Shown here: positions 27,249 to 37,365 of the stretch, piece after piece | Layout of the letters: each line of letters begins with the position of its first letter | Numbering within the stretch: the stretch's first letter is position 1 | Assembly (NCBI GenBank): GCA_963748015.1 | Contig: CAVVHE010000004.1 | Span: 736,001 to 800,000 of the forward strand | Length of the DNA: 64,000 nucleotides | Source of the DNA: Terriglobia bacterium | GTDB lineage: Bacteria > Acidobacteriota > Polarisedimenticolia > Polarisedimenticolales > JAIQFR01 | Direction of reading: 5' to 3' | Notes under the pieces: model-generated | Databases searched by the model: none | What the model was told of the DNA's origin: nothing | Seen by the model: the letters and a program-made list of their open reading frames with translations, nothing else | Program-made: the position numbers and the translations under genes

Positions 27249-29570
27249 TCAACCCCTCCGCTCTCGGGCGCTCTTCCGCGCGGCGAGCATTTCCGAGAGC
27301 CGTGTCGCGTTGATCGGCGAGTCCGCGAAGCGGACCCCGGTCGCGTGGTACACGGCGTTGGCGACGGCGGCGGCCGTCGGGATCGTCGCCGGCTCGCCGA
27401 GCCCCTTGGCCCCCGTGGAGTTGCACTCGAGGTCCCGCGGGTCGATCGGCACCACCTTGACGTCGGTCGGGACGTCGAGCGCGGTGGGCAGCTTGTAGTC
27501 GTGGAGGTTGGCGTTCAGCATCCGGCCGGTCTGTCCCGCGTCGAGGACGCGCCGCTCGGTGGCGCCGAAGCCGATTCCCATGGTGATCCCGCCGTGCACC
27601 TGGGTCTCGTACGTTTTGAGGTTCATGGCGCGTCCGCTGTCGTGGGCCGCAGCGAAGCGGAGCACCCGGACCTCGCCGGTGAGCGTGTCCACCTCGACCT
27701 CGCAGAACTGGGCGGCGAACGCGGAGATCGCCTTCCCTTCGGGGTTCCGGCCGCGCCGCCCCACGCCGATGACGACCTGGCGCTCCCTGAACTCGGGCAT
27801 TTCCCGTAGAGCCGCCTTCTTCGCGGGGTCCTTCGTCGAGACGGCCGACCCGTCTCGCAGCGTGAGATCGCTCAGGGGGATTCCCAGGTGGCGAGAGGCC
27901 ATCTCCAGGATCTGCGTCCTGCACTCGGCCGCCGCGGCGCGAACCGCGGGCGACTCGGTCGGAACGGTCTTGCTGCCGCCGCTGGCGGTCGCGAACTGCG
28001 TCGTCCCGGTGTCGGCGTGCTCGATCTGCACCTGCTCCGGCCGGACGCCCAGCTCCTCCGCCACCACCATCGCCATGACCGTCTTGGTACCGGTGCCGAT
28101 GTCGCTCGCGCCCATGTTGAGGTTCACGCTTCCGTCGCCGGACACGCGGACGATCGCGGTGGAAGGGGGCCCGCCGCCTCCACCGATCCAGAGTGCGCCG
28201 GCCATTCCCGCGCCCCGGACCTTCGGTCCGTTGCCACGGGAGCCCGCGCGGGCTTCCTTCCACCCGAAGGCCCTGGCGCCTTCGACCAGGCATGCGCGCA
28301 GACCGGTGCTGGTGTAGGGGATCCCGCCGCGCGCCTGGCTCACCGAGGGAAGGTTCTTGAGACGCAAGTCCAGGGGGTCCAGGCCGAGACGGTCCGCCAG
28401 CTCGTCGAGGAGCTGTTCCAGCGCCCAGGAGCATTGAGGATGGCCCGGTGCCCGCATCGGCCGCTCCGTGCCGGTGTGGGTGAAAACGGGCTGGGAGACG
28501 GTGCGAACGTTGGGGCACAGGTAGAGATCCCGCACCTGCCAGTCGAGAATGGACGTGCCGCCGTCCGAAAAGGCTCCGCCGGACCCGAGCCCGTCGAACT
28601 CCAGCGCGGTGAGGGTCCCGTCCTTCCGGGCGCCGGCCTTCAGCTTCATGACGCTCGGCGGACGGTTCCCCATGACGAGAAACGTCTCCTCGCGCGTCAG
28701 GAAGAGCTTGACCGGTTGCCCGGTGCGCCGCGCGAGGATGGCGGCGATCGCGGAGTACTTTCCCGTGTCGAGCTTGCTGCCGAAGCCTCCTCCCATGTAG
28801 TGCCCGATCACTCGCACCTGGGTCAGAGGCAGATCGAACGCGCGCGCGACGGTCCGCTGCACGGGGTAGACGCCCTGCGTGGACTCCCAGAGGGTCAGGC
28901 GATCCCCGTCCCAACGGGCGACGCAGCCGTGCGGCTCCATCGGCGCGTGAATCAGGCACTCGGAATGGAAGGTCCGCTCGACGATGGCGTCGGCCTCGGC
29001 GAACCCCCTGGCGAGGTCCCCGCGCGCGTATTCCTCCGGCGGGCCGGCCTTGTTGCCGCCATCCCGGACCTCGGGAGCTCCCGGCGCCGCGGCGCGCCGC
29101 TCGTCCACGACGAAGGGGAGCGGCTCGTAGTCGACGGCGATCGCGCGAACCGCGTCCCACGCCGCGTAGGGGGTCTCCGCGGCGACCGCGGCCACCTCGT
29201 CCCCCTCGTGCCTCGCGTGCGGGTCGAACAGCCGGCTGGCGGGGCCCTTGTCCTCGAAGTGCCACGGGATCTTGGCGTCGGGGAGCGCGTCGTGAATCAC
29301 CGCCCGGACTCCGGGGAGGCGCTCGGCGCGGGACACGTCCACCTTCTTGACCCTCGCGTGGGGGTGCGGGCACCGCAGGATCGCCCCGTAGAGCATGTTC
29401 GGGAGGACGACGTCCGACGGGTACTCGGCGGTGCCGCTCACCCTCTCGTACGCGTCCACGCGGGGGAGCGGCGATCCGACGACCGCCGTCTTGTCCCACG
29501 GGGGCAGCACGGCCGCGGCGTCGCCGGACGACGCGAACAGGCCTTTCATCCAGTAGAGCGAGCGTTTCAT
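27249..29570 (-). CDS. Xanthine dehydrogenase family molybdopterin-binding subunit
   Basis: RVSGTAEYPSD, HAPMEPH, GGGFGSK, MRAPG, DIGTG, GAKGLGEP. ATG 29570 overlaps the stop of the 2Fe-2S gene. Confidence 0.93.
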   Translation of the reverse strand: MKRSLYWMKGLFASSGDAAAVLPPWDKTAVVGSPLPRVDAYERVSGTAEYPSDVVLPNMLYGAILRCPHPHARVKKVDVSRAERLPGVRAVIHDALPDAKIPWHFEDKGPASRLFDPHARHEGDEVAAVAAETPYAAWDAVRAIAVDYEPLPFVVDERRAAAPGAPEVRDGGNKAGPPEEYARGDLARGFAEADAIVERTFHSECLIHAPMEPHGCVARWDGDRLTLWESTQGVYPVQRTVARAFDLPLTQVRVIGHYMGGGFGSKLDTGKYSAIAAILARRTGQPVKLFLTREETFLVMGNRPPSVMKLKAGARKDGTLTALEFDGLGSGGAFSDGGTSILDWQVRDLYLCPNVRTVSQPVFTHTGTERPMRAPGHPQCSWALEQLLDELADRLGLDPLDLRLKNLPSVSQARGGIPYTSTGLRACLVEGARAFGWKEARAGSRGNGPKVRGAGMAGALWIGGGGGPPSTAIVRVSGDGSVNLNMGASDIGTGTKTVMAMVVAEELGVRPEQVQIEHADTGTTQFATASGGSKTVPTESPAVRAAAAECRTQILEMASRHLGIPLSDLTLRDGSAVSTKDPAKKAALREMPEFRERQVVIGVGRRGRNPEGKAISAFAAQFCEVEVDTLTGEVRVLRFAAAHDSGRAMNLKTYETQVHGGITMGIGFGATERRVLDAGQTGRMLNANLHDYKLPTALDVPTDVKVVPIDPRDLECNSTGAKGLGEPATIPTAAAVANAVYHATGVRFADSPINATRLSEMLAARKSARERRG

Positions 29571-30220
29571 CGCCGGCCTCCCGGCTGTTTCTTCAGCTCG
29601 GCGGCGCGGCGGACCGCCTTGACGATGTTCGGATAGGCGCCGCAGCGGCAGAGGTTGCCGCTCATGCCGACGCGGATGGTATCCGGCGAGGGGTCGGGCT
29701 CGACCCCGAGGAGGCCTTCGGCGGCGATAATCTGACCCGGGGTGCAGTAGCCGCACTGGAAGGCGTCCAGCTCGGCGAAGGCGCGCTGAACCGGTCCGAG
29801 GCGCTCGCCTTCCATCAGACCCTCGACGGTGGTGATCTCCGCTCCCTCGGCCTCGACGGCGAGGGTCAGGCACGCGTACCGCGGCTTGCCCCCCATGAGG
29901 ACCGTGCAGGCTCCGCACTCGCCCCGCTCGCAGCCAGCCTTGGCGCCGGTCAGGCCGAGCTTCTCGCGCAGGACGAACAAGAGCGACCATCGCGGCTCCA
30001 CCAGGAGGCGGTGCACGCGCCCGTTGACCCGTAGCGCGACAGGGAGGGTGTCGGCGGCGGCGGAGGAGGCCGTTTCGGCCGCCGGGGCCGCCGGGGGCGC
30101 CGCCGCACCCCGGACGGCGGCGAAACCGACCGCTCCGATCCCCGCGCTGGTCAGGAACCCCCTGCGGCTCACGCCGCCCTTCCCTGGCAGGCCCTTCTTC
30201 CTTCGAGTCGTGTCGCCCAT
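29567..30220 (-). CDS. Xanthine dehydrogenase family 2Fe-2S subunit with Tat signal (PaoA-like)
   Basis: SRRGFL twin-arginine motif; GCERGECGACTV, QCGYCTPGQ, GNLCRCG. Confidence 0.93.
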   Translation of the reverse strand: MGDTTRRKKGLPGKGGVSRRGFLTSAGIGAVGFAAVRGAAAPPAAPAAETASSAAADTLPVALRVNGRVHRLLVEPRWSLLFVLREKLGLTGAKAGCERGECGACTVLMGGKPRYACLTLAVEAEGAEITTVEGLMEGERLGPVQRAFAELDAFQCGYCTPGQIIAAEGLLGVEPDPSPDTIRVGMSGNLCRCGAYPNIVKAVRRAAELKKQPGGRR

Positions 30221-30314
30221 GGCATCCTCCCGAAGCGTGGGGCCCATTCTACGACCTCCTGTGTTATTTTCGGCCCGCCCTCGTTTCGTGGCGCACGTCA
30301 GGAGGAACCCTCCG

Positions 30315-30970
30315 ATGAAGGTGAACCGCGTATTCTCGCCGGAGGACTTCCGGCGCGTGGAGGAGGCGGTCCACGAGGCCGAGAAGAGGACGTCGGGAGA
30401 GATCGTGCCGTTCGTGGTCGAGCGGTCGGACGCGTACGCGAGCGCGACCTGGCGAGCCTCGACCCTCGGCGCGCTTCTCGCGTCGCTCGGCACCGCCGCG
30501 GCGATCCACTGGGTCGAGGTCTGGGGCGTCCCGCTGTCGCTGTGGATCGCGGGCCCCGCCGTGCTCGGGGCGGGAATCGGGCACCTGGCCGCCGAGCTGG
30601 TTCCTGCGCTGAAGCGCGCACTGATTCCCCGGCGAGTGCTGTCGGAGCGGGTCGACGAGCGCGCCGCGCAGGCCTTCCTCTCGGAAGAGGTATTCGCCAC
30701 CCGGGAGCGTACCGGCGTGCTGATCTTCCTCTCGCTCTTCGAGCGGCGGGCCGTCGTGATGGGCGACAAGGGAATCGCGGCGAAGGTCCGGCAGGAGGAA
30801 TGGGACGGCGTGATCGAGCTCCTGGTGCGCGGCATGCGGGGGGGAGAGCGGGGGAGGCGCTCGTCGGCGCGATCGAACGGTGCAGCACGCTTTTGGAGGG
30901 GCGAGGCGTCGAGATCCGGGCCGACGACCGGGACGAGCTCGCCGACGGTCTCAGGATGGGGAAGCCCTGA
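30315..30970 (+). CDS. TPM-domain membrane protein; frameshifted at the G7 run 30838-30844
   Basis: EAEKRTSGEIVP, TRERTGVLIFLSLFER...GDKGI. Adding one G restores the typical C-terminus ...DDRDELAD. Confidence 0.8.
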
Positions 30971-30972
30971 CC

Positions 30973-31890
30973 ATGGGAGCGGCCTCCGTCCGGCTCGTCG
31001 CCGCGCTCACGATCACGGGCGCCTTGGCCACGGGCGCGGCCGCGATCGAGGTGCCCTACCTGAGCGGACGGGTCAACGACGCCGCCGCGATGATCCCTCC
31101 CGCGACAAGGGACCGGATCGAGTCGAAGCTGGCGGAGCTCGAGAAGGGGACGACGGCGCAGCTCGCCGTCCTGACCGTGGCGTCGCTCGACGGGGAGCCG
31201 CTCGAGGACTTCTCGATCAAGGTCGCCGAGACGTGGAAGCTCGGCCGGAAGGGGAAGGACAACGGGGCGCTTCTCCTGATCGCGAAGGACGACCGGAAGA
31301 TGCGGATCGAGGTCGGATACGGTCTCGAGGAGACCCTGACCGATGCGATGTGCAGGAGGATCCTCGACGGGGTGGTGCGGCCGCGCTTCCGCGCGGGCGA
31401 CTACGGCGGGGGCGTCGAAGCGGGCGTGGACGCGGTGATCGCGGCGATCGAAGGGAAGGAGATCCCGGAACCGGCATCCGGGCTGCTGGCGACCGCCCCG
31501 GGGATTCCCTGGTACGTCCGGCTCATCGGGCTCTCGGTTTTCGCCGTCGTGATCGGGCTCTTCTCTCTGATCGCGATCGTGGGGCCCGCGGTCCCAGGAT
31601 GGTTCCTCTACCTCTTTCTCGTCCCGTTCTACGCCGTCTTCCCCTCGGTGCTGATCCATCCCAAGGCAGGCGCGGTGCTGGCCGGCGGCTGGCTGCTCGC
31701 GCTGCCCGTCGCCCGGCTCCTCCTCCATCGCTCGGGCGGGGGGCGGTCGTTCCTGTCGAGGCATCCGGGGCTCGTCGCGCTCGCGGCGTCGGGCGGTCGC
31801 GGGCGCGGGGGCGGCTCGTGGGGCGGGTCGTCGGGCTTCTCGGGCGGCGGCGGCAGCTTCGGGGGCGGGGGCGCCTCGAGCGGGTGGTGA
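30973..31890 (+). CDS. TPM-domain protein with Gly-rich tail (YgcG-like)
   Basis: WKLGRKGKDNGALLLIA..DRKMRIEVGYGLE; ends FSGGGGSFGGGGASSGW. Confidence 0.9.
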   Translation: MGAASVRLVAALTITGALATGAAAIEVPYLSGRVNDAAAMIPPATRDRIESKLAELEKGTTAQLAVLTVASLDGEPLEDFSIKVAETWKLGRKGKDNGALLLIAKDDRKMRIEVGYGLEETLTDAMCRRILDGVVRPRFRAGDYGGGVEAGVDAVIAAIEGKEIPEPASGLLATAPGIPWYVRLIGLSVFAVVIGLFSLIAIVGPAVPGWFLYLFLVPFYAVFPSVLIHPKAGAVLAGGWLLALPVARLLLHRSGGGRSFLSRHPGLVALAASGGRGRGGGSWGGSSGFSGGGGSFGGGGASSGW

Positions 31891-31905
31891 GATGGAGCGC
31901 GGCCG

Positions 31906-32538
31906 ATGAAACCCTCGCTGTTCGCTAGCATGGTGGTCAACCTCTTCCTGATCGTGGACCCGATCGGGCTGATGCCGCTCTTCGCGGCGATCACGAGCCG
32001 CAACACGCGGGCGGAGCGGCGCTCGATGATCCGGCGGGCGATCGGGATCGCGTTCGTCGTGCTGGCGTTCTTCGCGGTCGTCGGGAAGTACGTTCTCGAC
32101 TACTTCAGCGTCAGCATCGCCGCGGTGAGGATCGCGGGCGGGATCCTCCTCTTCGCGATCGGCCTGGAGATGCTCTACGGGCGGATCTCGCGGACAGAGA
32201 CCACCGAGCCGGAGGAGGCCGAGGCCGCGCAGAAGGAGGACGTCAGCGTCACGCCGCTCGCGATCCCGTTCCTCGCCGGGCCCGGTGGGATCGCGGCGGC
32301 GGTGCTCTTCTCCGGGACCTCCGAGGGGATGGGCGGCGCGCTGATGGTCATCGGGGCGCTCGTGATCGTGATGCTCGCGAGTTGGCTGGTGCTCAGCCTG
32401 ACCGACGAGACGCTCAGGGTGCTCGGCCAGATCGGCGTGAAGGTGATCGCCCGGGTCATGGGCCTGCTTCTGCTCTTCGTGGCGACGCAGTTCGTGGTCG
32501 ACGGAATCCGGGCCACCGGGGTACTGGCGGGCAGGTAG
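31906..32538 (+). CDS. MarC family membrane protein
   Basis: VDPIG, RIAGGILLF, PLAIPFLAGPG, RVMGLLL. Confidence 0.9.
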   Translation: MKPSLFASMVVNLFLIVDPIGLMPLFAAITSRNTRAERRSMIRRAIGIAFVVLAFFAVVGKYVLDYFSVSIAAVRIAGGILLFAIGLEMLYGRISRTETTEPEEAEAAQKEDVSVTPLAIPFLAGPGGIAAAVLFSGTSEGMGGALMVIGALVIVMLASWLVLSLTDETLRVLGQIGVKVIARVMGLLLLFVATQFVVDGIRATGVLAGR

Positions 32539-32574
32539 CCTGTCTCCGCCTCTCGACCGCGCAGGCCGTTCGAA

Positions 32575-32847
32575 TCAGCGATTTCCCTTCGGCAGGACCA
32601 CGGTGGTCGGCGCGTGGCCGTGGGTCGCCTCGTGCTGCGTGGGGGAGGGTCCCTGCGCCGTGGCCCCCGGCTGCGCTCCTTCTCCCGCGACCTCCACCTC
32701 GCCGGACTCGATCAGGCGGCGAACGGTCGGCTCGCCTGCCGCCTCGTCGGAGATCTGTCCGGTCCGGGCCGGGCCGAGGTGCAGTACCTTCCCGCCATGA
32801 AGTCGGATCTTGAGAGGCCGCTGAGTCTTGTTCACGATCGTCTTCAT
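32575..32847 (-). CDS. Small hypothetical protein (90 aa)
   Basis: MKTIVNKTQRPLKIRLHGGKVLHLGP... reads like a real protein and lies downstream of mntP on the same strand. Confidence 0.55.
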   Translation of the reverse strand: MKTIVNKTQRPLKIRLHGGKVLHLGPARTGQISDEAAGEPTVRRLIESGEVEVAGEGAQPGATAQGPSPTQHEATHGHAPTTVVLPKGNR

Positions 32848-32918
32848 CACGCACCCCGTTTGTGGTTCCGCGAGCGATTGTACACGCTCGGAGGCCGGAA
32901 GGGGGAGAGTCGCCGGGG

Positions 32919-33464
32919 TCAGGGGAAGAGCATCCGAACGCCGAGCACGAGGAGGACGAGGCCGCCGAGCGCCCCCGCGAAGCGGCCCGCGGCCCGTTGG
33001 ACCCGCGCACCGAGGAGCATGCCGGCGAGGGTCGCGAGACCCGCGGTGACGCCGATGATCAGGCAGGACCGCAACAGGCTGGCGCTGACCAGGGCGAGGC
33101 CGATGCCGGCGCCGAGCGCATCGATGCTCGTCGCGAGCGAGAGCCCGACGAGGCTGAGCCCTCGCGTCGGGTCCCCTCGTCCGGCCGCGGCCTCGTCGGA
33201 TCGGGAGCTTTCCCAGAGCATCCGGACGCCGAGAGCGGCAAGTACGGCGAACGCGAGGTAGTGGTCCGCGCCTCGCGCCAGCTCGTGGATCGCCTTGCCT
33301 CCCGCCGCGCCGACGAACGGCATCAGGGCCTGGAAGATACCGAAGTGCCATGAAAGGCGGAAGAGCTGCCTCGGCCCCGAGTACCGCAGTCCGACGCCGA
33401 GCGCCACGGAGAACGCGTCGGCGCTGAGAGCGAGCGCCAGGAGAAGGACTTCGAAGAGCGTCAT
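32919..33464 (-). CDS. mntP: Manganese efflux pump MntP family
   Basis: ALALSADAFSVA, FGIFQALMP, LATSIDAL. Confidence 0.88.
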   Translation of the reverse strand: MTLFEVLLLALALSADAFSVALGVGLRYSGPRQLFRLSWHFGIFQALMPFVGAAGGKAIHELARGADHYLAFAVLAALGVRMLWESSRSDEAAAGRGDPTRGLSLVGLSLATSIDALGAGIGLALVSASLLRSCLIIGVTAGLATLAGMLLGARVQRAAGRFAGALGGLVLLVLGVRMLFP

Positions 33465-33660
33465 GGCCGCTTCCGCTCGGCGGACCGGGGGTCGCCGGAG
33501 CCGCCTACCTTAACCGCTCGGATCCCCAGGATCCACCCCGGACGAGTTTGCGCGATGTAGACCGCCGAGGGATCATGACTACGGTACGGGGGCATGTGGG
33601 TTACCGCATTTCCGGCGCCGCCGCGCGGCGCAGGGGGAGCGGGCCCCATGGAGGCGTTCG

Positions 33661-35124
33661 ATGCGCACAAGTCCCCCCGCGCCTTCGGCCCTGGCGGAGT
33701 CTGGACGGCCAGGCGAGTCTCGGGTCGCATCCGGAAAACCGCTCGACCTCCTACGCTACTTCACCAGCTCGGCGCTCGCCGTCATCCTCGTGACGACCGC
33801 CGCCCTCGCAAGCGCGTCCGCGTGGCTCGTTCACCGGTCGTTCCTCGACATCGAGAGGGACGAAGCGGACAGCATCGCCGAGGAGCTCGTATCAGACCTC
33901 CGGGCCGCCGGGTACGGCCTCGAGCGCTGGGGCACGGCGAGCGTGCCCGGTGCCGTGCGCGACACGACGCTGGGGCAAATGCGGAACTTCGGGCTCACGG
34001 AGCTCACCCTCTACTCTCTCGCCGGAGGCGCGCTCGAGGATTTCGCCACGGAGAGCGCCGGGACGAGGCCGTTCTGGCGGGAAGGCTTCGATAGAGCGGG
34101 GTCCGGGGAGACGACGCTGCGCTGGGAGAGAACCTACGGCGGCGGTATCCCATGGTTCAGGGCTGCGGGAGGAGGCTTCGTCGAGAGCTACACCCCCGTC
34201 CGGGACCGCGGCGGGATCGTCGCCGTGGCGAGGGTGCGGCGGAACGAGGCACCGAATCTGGCGAAGGCGGAAGAGGCGCTACCGCTGCTGATCGGGTGCG
34301 CGTTCGCCTCCGGGCTCCTGGTCTTCGGCGCCCTCTGGCTGCTCGTCTTCAAGGCGGACCGTATCCTCCGGAGGCAGTACCGCGACATCCTCGAAGCGCA
34401 GTCGGCGCTGGCCCGGCAGAACACCCTGCTGGCCGCGCTGAACCGGCGGAAGGACGAGTTCTACGCGATGTGCAGCCACGACCTGAGGACCCCGCTGATT
34501 TCCGTCCAGGCGGGCTGCCGGCTGCTTCTCGCGGAGGAAGGAAGCTCGGCGAGGCGCCGCGACGTGATCGTCGAGAACCTGCGCAACGCCTCGGTCGTTC
34601 TCGATCTTGTCGACAACCTGCTCGACCTCGCGCGTATCGAGGACCGGGAGGACAGGCTGGACTCCGCGAGCCTCGACCTCCGGAGAATCGTCGAAGGGGT
34701 CGTGGCGGCCAACCGGTCGTATGCCGAGAGCCGGGGCGTGTGGCTCGAGCTCGAGACCCCGGGCGAATGCGTGCTCGTGAACGGGGACCGCCTCAAGCTC
34801 GTCCGGATCCTGAACAACCTGGTCTCGAACGCGATCAAGCACGCCGAAGGCAAGCCGGTGACGGTAGCGCTCGAGCAGTCGGCTTCAGGCCCGCGGATCC
34901 TGGTCCGGGACCGGGGCGCAGGCCTGCGGCCCGAGGTCCGCGCCGACCTCATGGCCGGCCGGGACCCCGCGCGCCCCCTCGGCGCCGGAGGCGGCGAGGA
35001 CAGTCACGGGCTCGGTCTTTCCATCGTGCGGCGACTGGTGAACTTGCACGGGGGCCGGCTTCACGTTCGCGCGAATCGAGACGCGGGGACGGTGTTCGTG
35101 GTGGAGCTCCCGCCGGCGGCTTGA
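33661..35124 (+). CDS. Orphan sensor histidine kinase
   Basis: Two TMs flanking a periplasmic domain; SHDLRTPL, NNLVSNAIKH, DRGAG, GLGLSIV. Start uncertain. Confidence 0.85.
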   Translation: MRTSPPAPSALAESGRPGESRVASGKPLDLLRYFTSSALAVILVTTAALASASAWLVHRSFLDIERDEADSIAEELVSDLRAAGYGLERWGTASVPGAVRDTTLGQMRNFGLTELTLYSLAGGALEDFATESAGTRPFWREGFDRAGSGETTLRWERTYGGGIPWFRAAGGGFVESYTPVRDRGGIVAVARVRRNEAPNLAKAEEALPLLIGCAFASGLLVFGALWLLVFKADRILRRQYRDILEAQSALARQNTLLAALNRRKDEFYAMCSHDLRTPLISVQAGCRLLLAEEGSSARRRDVIVENLRNASVVLDLVDNLLDLARIEDREDRLDSASLDLRRIVEGVVAANRSYAESRGVWLELETPGECVLVNGDRLKLVRILNNLVSNAIKHAEGKPVTVALEQSASGPRILVRDRGAGLRPEVRADLMAGRDPARPLGAGGGEDSHGLGLSIVRRLVNLHGGRLHVRANRDAGTVFVVELPPAA

Positions 35125-35261
35125 CGCGCGAAACGGCCGATAGGGCTTTCCGTTCCGATCCCCTTCTGGTACAACATGCGCTCGCGTAGCCGGCGGCCGG
35201 CGGGCGGGGGCAGCGGGGACGGTCCGGGCCGGTTCCGGTCCGGAAAGGGGGAGCGGGGACG

Positions 35262-36434
35262 ATGCACCACCACTTGACGGAAGAGCAGCGGACGATCCAG
35301 GAGCTCGCGCGGAAGATCGCCGAGGAAAAGGTACGTCCGGTCCGGCAAAAGTACGACGAGGAGTCCATCTTCCCCTGGGACATCGTGCGGGAAATGGCCA
35401 AGGTGGACCTTTTCCGGGTCTTCATCCCCGCCGCCTACGACGGCCTCGTCGAGGACGGGCAGGGGATCGTCAACATGTGCATCGTCACCGAGGAGATCTC
35501 GAAGGTCTGCGCGGGGATCGCGCTGGCGTTCGCCGGGACGGGACTCGGCTCGTTCCCCATTCTCCTGTTCGGCTCGGAGGAGCAGAAGCGGCGCTTTCTT
35601 CCCGACATCGCCGCCGGGAAGCGGCTCGCCGCGTTCGGCCTCACGGAGCCGATGGCGGGATCCGACGCCGGCGCGATCAGGATGACGGCGCGCCGCGACG
35701 GCGACCACTATGTGCTGAACGGGACGAAGATCTTCATCACGAACGGGGGAGAGGCCGACATCTACACCGTCGTGGCGCTCACGAACCCCGAGAAGGGCGC
35801 GCGCGGCGCCTCGGCGTTCGTCGTGGAGAAGGGAACTCCCGGCTTCGAGTTCGGCAAGAAGGAAAGCAAGATGGGGATTCACGCGAGCGCCACGCGGGAG
35901 CTGGTGTTCGACAACGCGCGGGTCCCGGCCGAGAATCTCCTGGCGAAGGAAGGGATGGGATTCGTCGTCGCGATGAAGACCTTCGACATCTCGCGCCCGG
36001 GGGTCGCCGCGCAGGCGCTGGGGATCGCCGAGGGGGCGATGGCGGAAACTCTCCGGTACGTCCACCAGAGGCACCAGTTCGGCAAGAGCGTTCTCGCGTT
36101 CCAGGGGATCCAGTGGATGCTCGCGGACATGGCCACGCAGATCGAGGCGTCCCGGGCGCTGATCTACCAGGTCGCCGACATGATCGACCACGGCGAGATG
36201 AAGGACATCGCGTACCTCTCGGCGATGGCGAAGGTCTTCGCCTCCGACGTCGCGATGAAGGTCACGACCGACGCGGTGCAGATCTTCGGGGGATACGGGT
36301 ACATGACGGAATACCCGGTCGAGAAGATGATGCGCGACGCCAAGATCACCCAGATCTACGAGGGGACCAACCAGATCCAGCGCAACGTGATCGGCGCCCG
36401 CCTCATCCGCGAAGCCGCGCGGATCTCCGGCTAG
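35262..36434 (+). CDS. Acyl-CoA dehydrogenase (butyryl-CoA dehydrogenase-like)
   Basis: FGLTEPMAGSDA, NGTKIFITNG, QIFGGYGY, IYEGTNQIQ. Confidence 0.95.
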   Translation: MHHHLTEEQRTIQELARKIAEEKVRPVRQKYDEESIFPWDIVREMAKVDLFRVFIPAAYDGLVEDGQGIVNMCIVTEEISKVCAGIALAFAGTGLGSFPILLFGSEEQKRRFLPDIAAGKRLAAFGLTEPMAGSDAGAIRMTARRDGDHYVLNGTKIFITNGGEADIYTVVALTNPEKGARGASAFVVEKGTPGFEFGKKESKMGIHASATRELVFDNARVPAENLLAKEGMGFVVAMKTFDISRPGVAAQALGIAEGAMAETLRYVHQRHQFGKSVLAFQGIQWMLADMATQIEASRALIYQVADMIDHGEMKDIAYLSAMAKVFASDVAMKVTTDAVQIFGGYGYMTEYPVEKMMRDAKITQIYEGTNQIQRNVIGARLIREAARISG

Positions 36435-36443
36435 GAGCCCGCC

Positions 36444-37088
36444 TTGGACCTGCTCGCCCGCATCTTCGATTTCGTCCTGCACATCGACGTCCACCTCGAC
36501 CAGCTCATCCGGTCGTACGGGGCGTGGACCCACCTGATCCTGTTCGCGATCGTCTTCTGCGAGACGGGCCTCGTGGTGACCCCGATCCTCCCGGGCGATT
36601 CGCTCCTGTTCGCCGTCGGCACCTTCTCGGCGCGGGGCTCTCTCGACCTGACGCTCGCGCTGGTGCTGCTGACGGTTGCCGCGATCCTGGGCGACACGGT
36701 GAACTACTGGATCGGCCACCTCGTGGGCCCGAAGGTCTTCCACCGGGACGACGTGCGCTTCCTGAACAGGAAGCACCTCGAACGGACGCACCAGTTCTAC
36801 GAGAAGTACGGCGGGAAGACGATCATCATCGCGAGGTTCGTGCCGATCGTCCGGACGTTCGCGCCGTTCGTCGCGGGCGTCGGGGCGATGTCCTACGGCC
36901 GCTTCCTGCTGTACAACGTGGTCGGCGGTGTCCTCTGGATCTTCCTGTTCGTGCTCGGCGGGTACTTCTTCGGCAACATCCCGATCGTCCGCAGGAACTT
37001 CACGCTCGTCATCCTGGCGATCATCGTGCTCTCGATCATGCCGGCCGTGTTCGAGTACCTGCGGCACCGGAGGCAGTCGCGGGCGTGA
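36444..37088 (+). CDS. DedA family membrane protein
   Basis: [38 protein letters not shown] start. Confidence 0.92.
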   Translation: MDLLARIFDFVLHIDVHLDQLIRSYGAWTHLILFAIVFCETGLVVTPILPGDSLLFAVGTFSARGSLDLTLALVLLTVAAILGDTVNYWIGHLVGPKVFHRDDVRFLNRKHLERTHQFYEKYGGKTIIIARFVPIVRTFAPFVAGVGAMSYGRFLLYNVVGGVLWIFLFVLGGYFFGNIPIVRRNFTLVILAIIVLSIMPAVFEYLRHRRQSRA

Positions 37089-37365
37089 GCCGCGGGATTC
37101 TCGCGATCCCAAGGCCGTTCAGCTGCCGGTAGGTGGCAACCGGACGACGATCCTCCCGGTCCGGATCCGGTGGAAGGAGATCGTCATCCGAGGATCTCGA
37201 TGCGCTGGCGTCCGTTCCACCTAGCGCTTGAAGGTGCGCCCCCGATTTGCTAGCTTTCGGAGTGCATCGTCCCGGTCCCGATCGCCGAAGCCGGGTGCGG
37301 CGGGGGACCTGCTCGTGGGACGACGGCGGGGCGCCACCGGAGCCCCGCCGCCGGGAAGGAGATGA

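Noticed and set aside
33465..33660. yybP-ykoY manganese riboswitch upstream of mntP
   Set aside because: I could not find the conserved riboswitch motifs by eye. An Infernal search would be needed.
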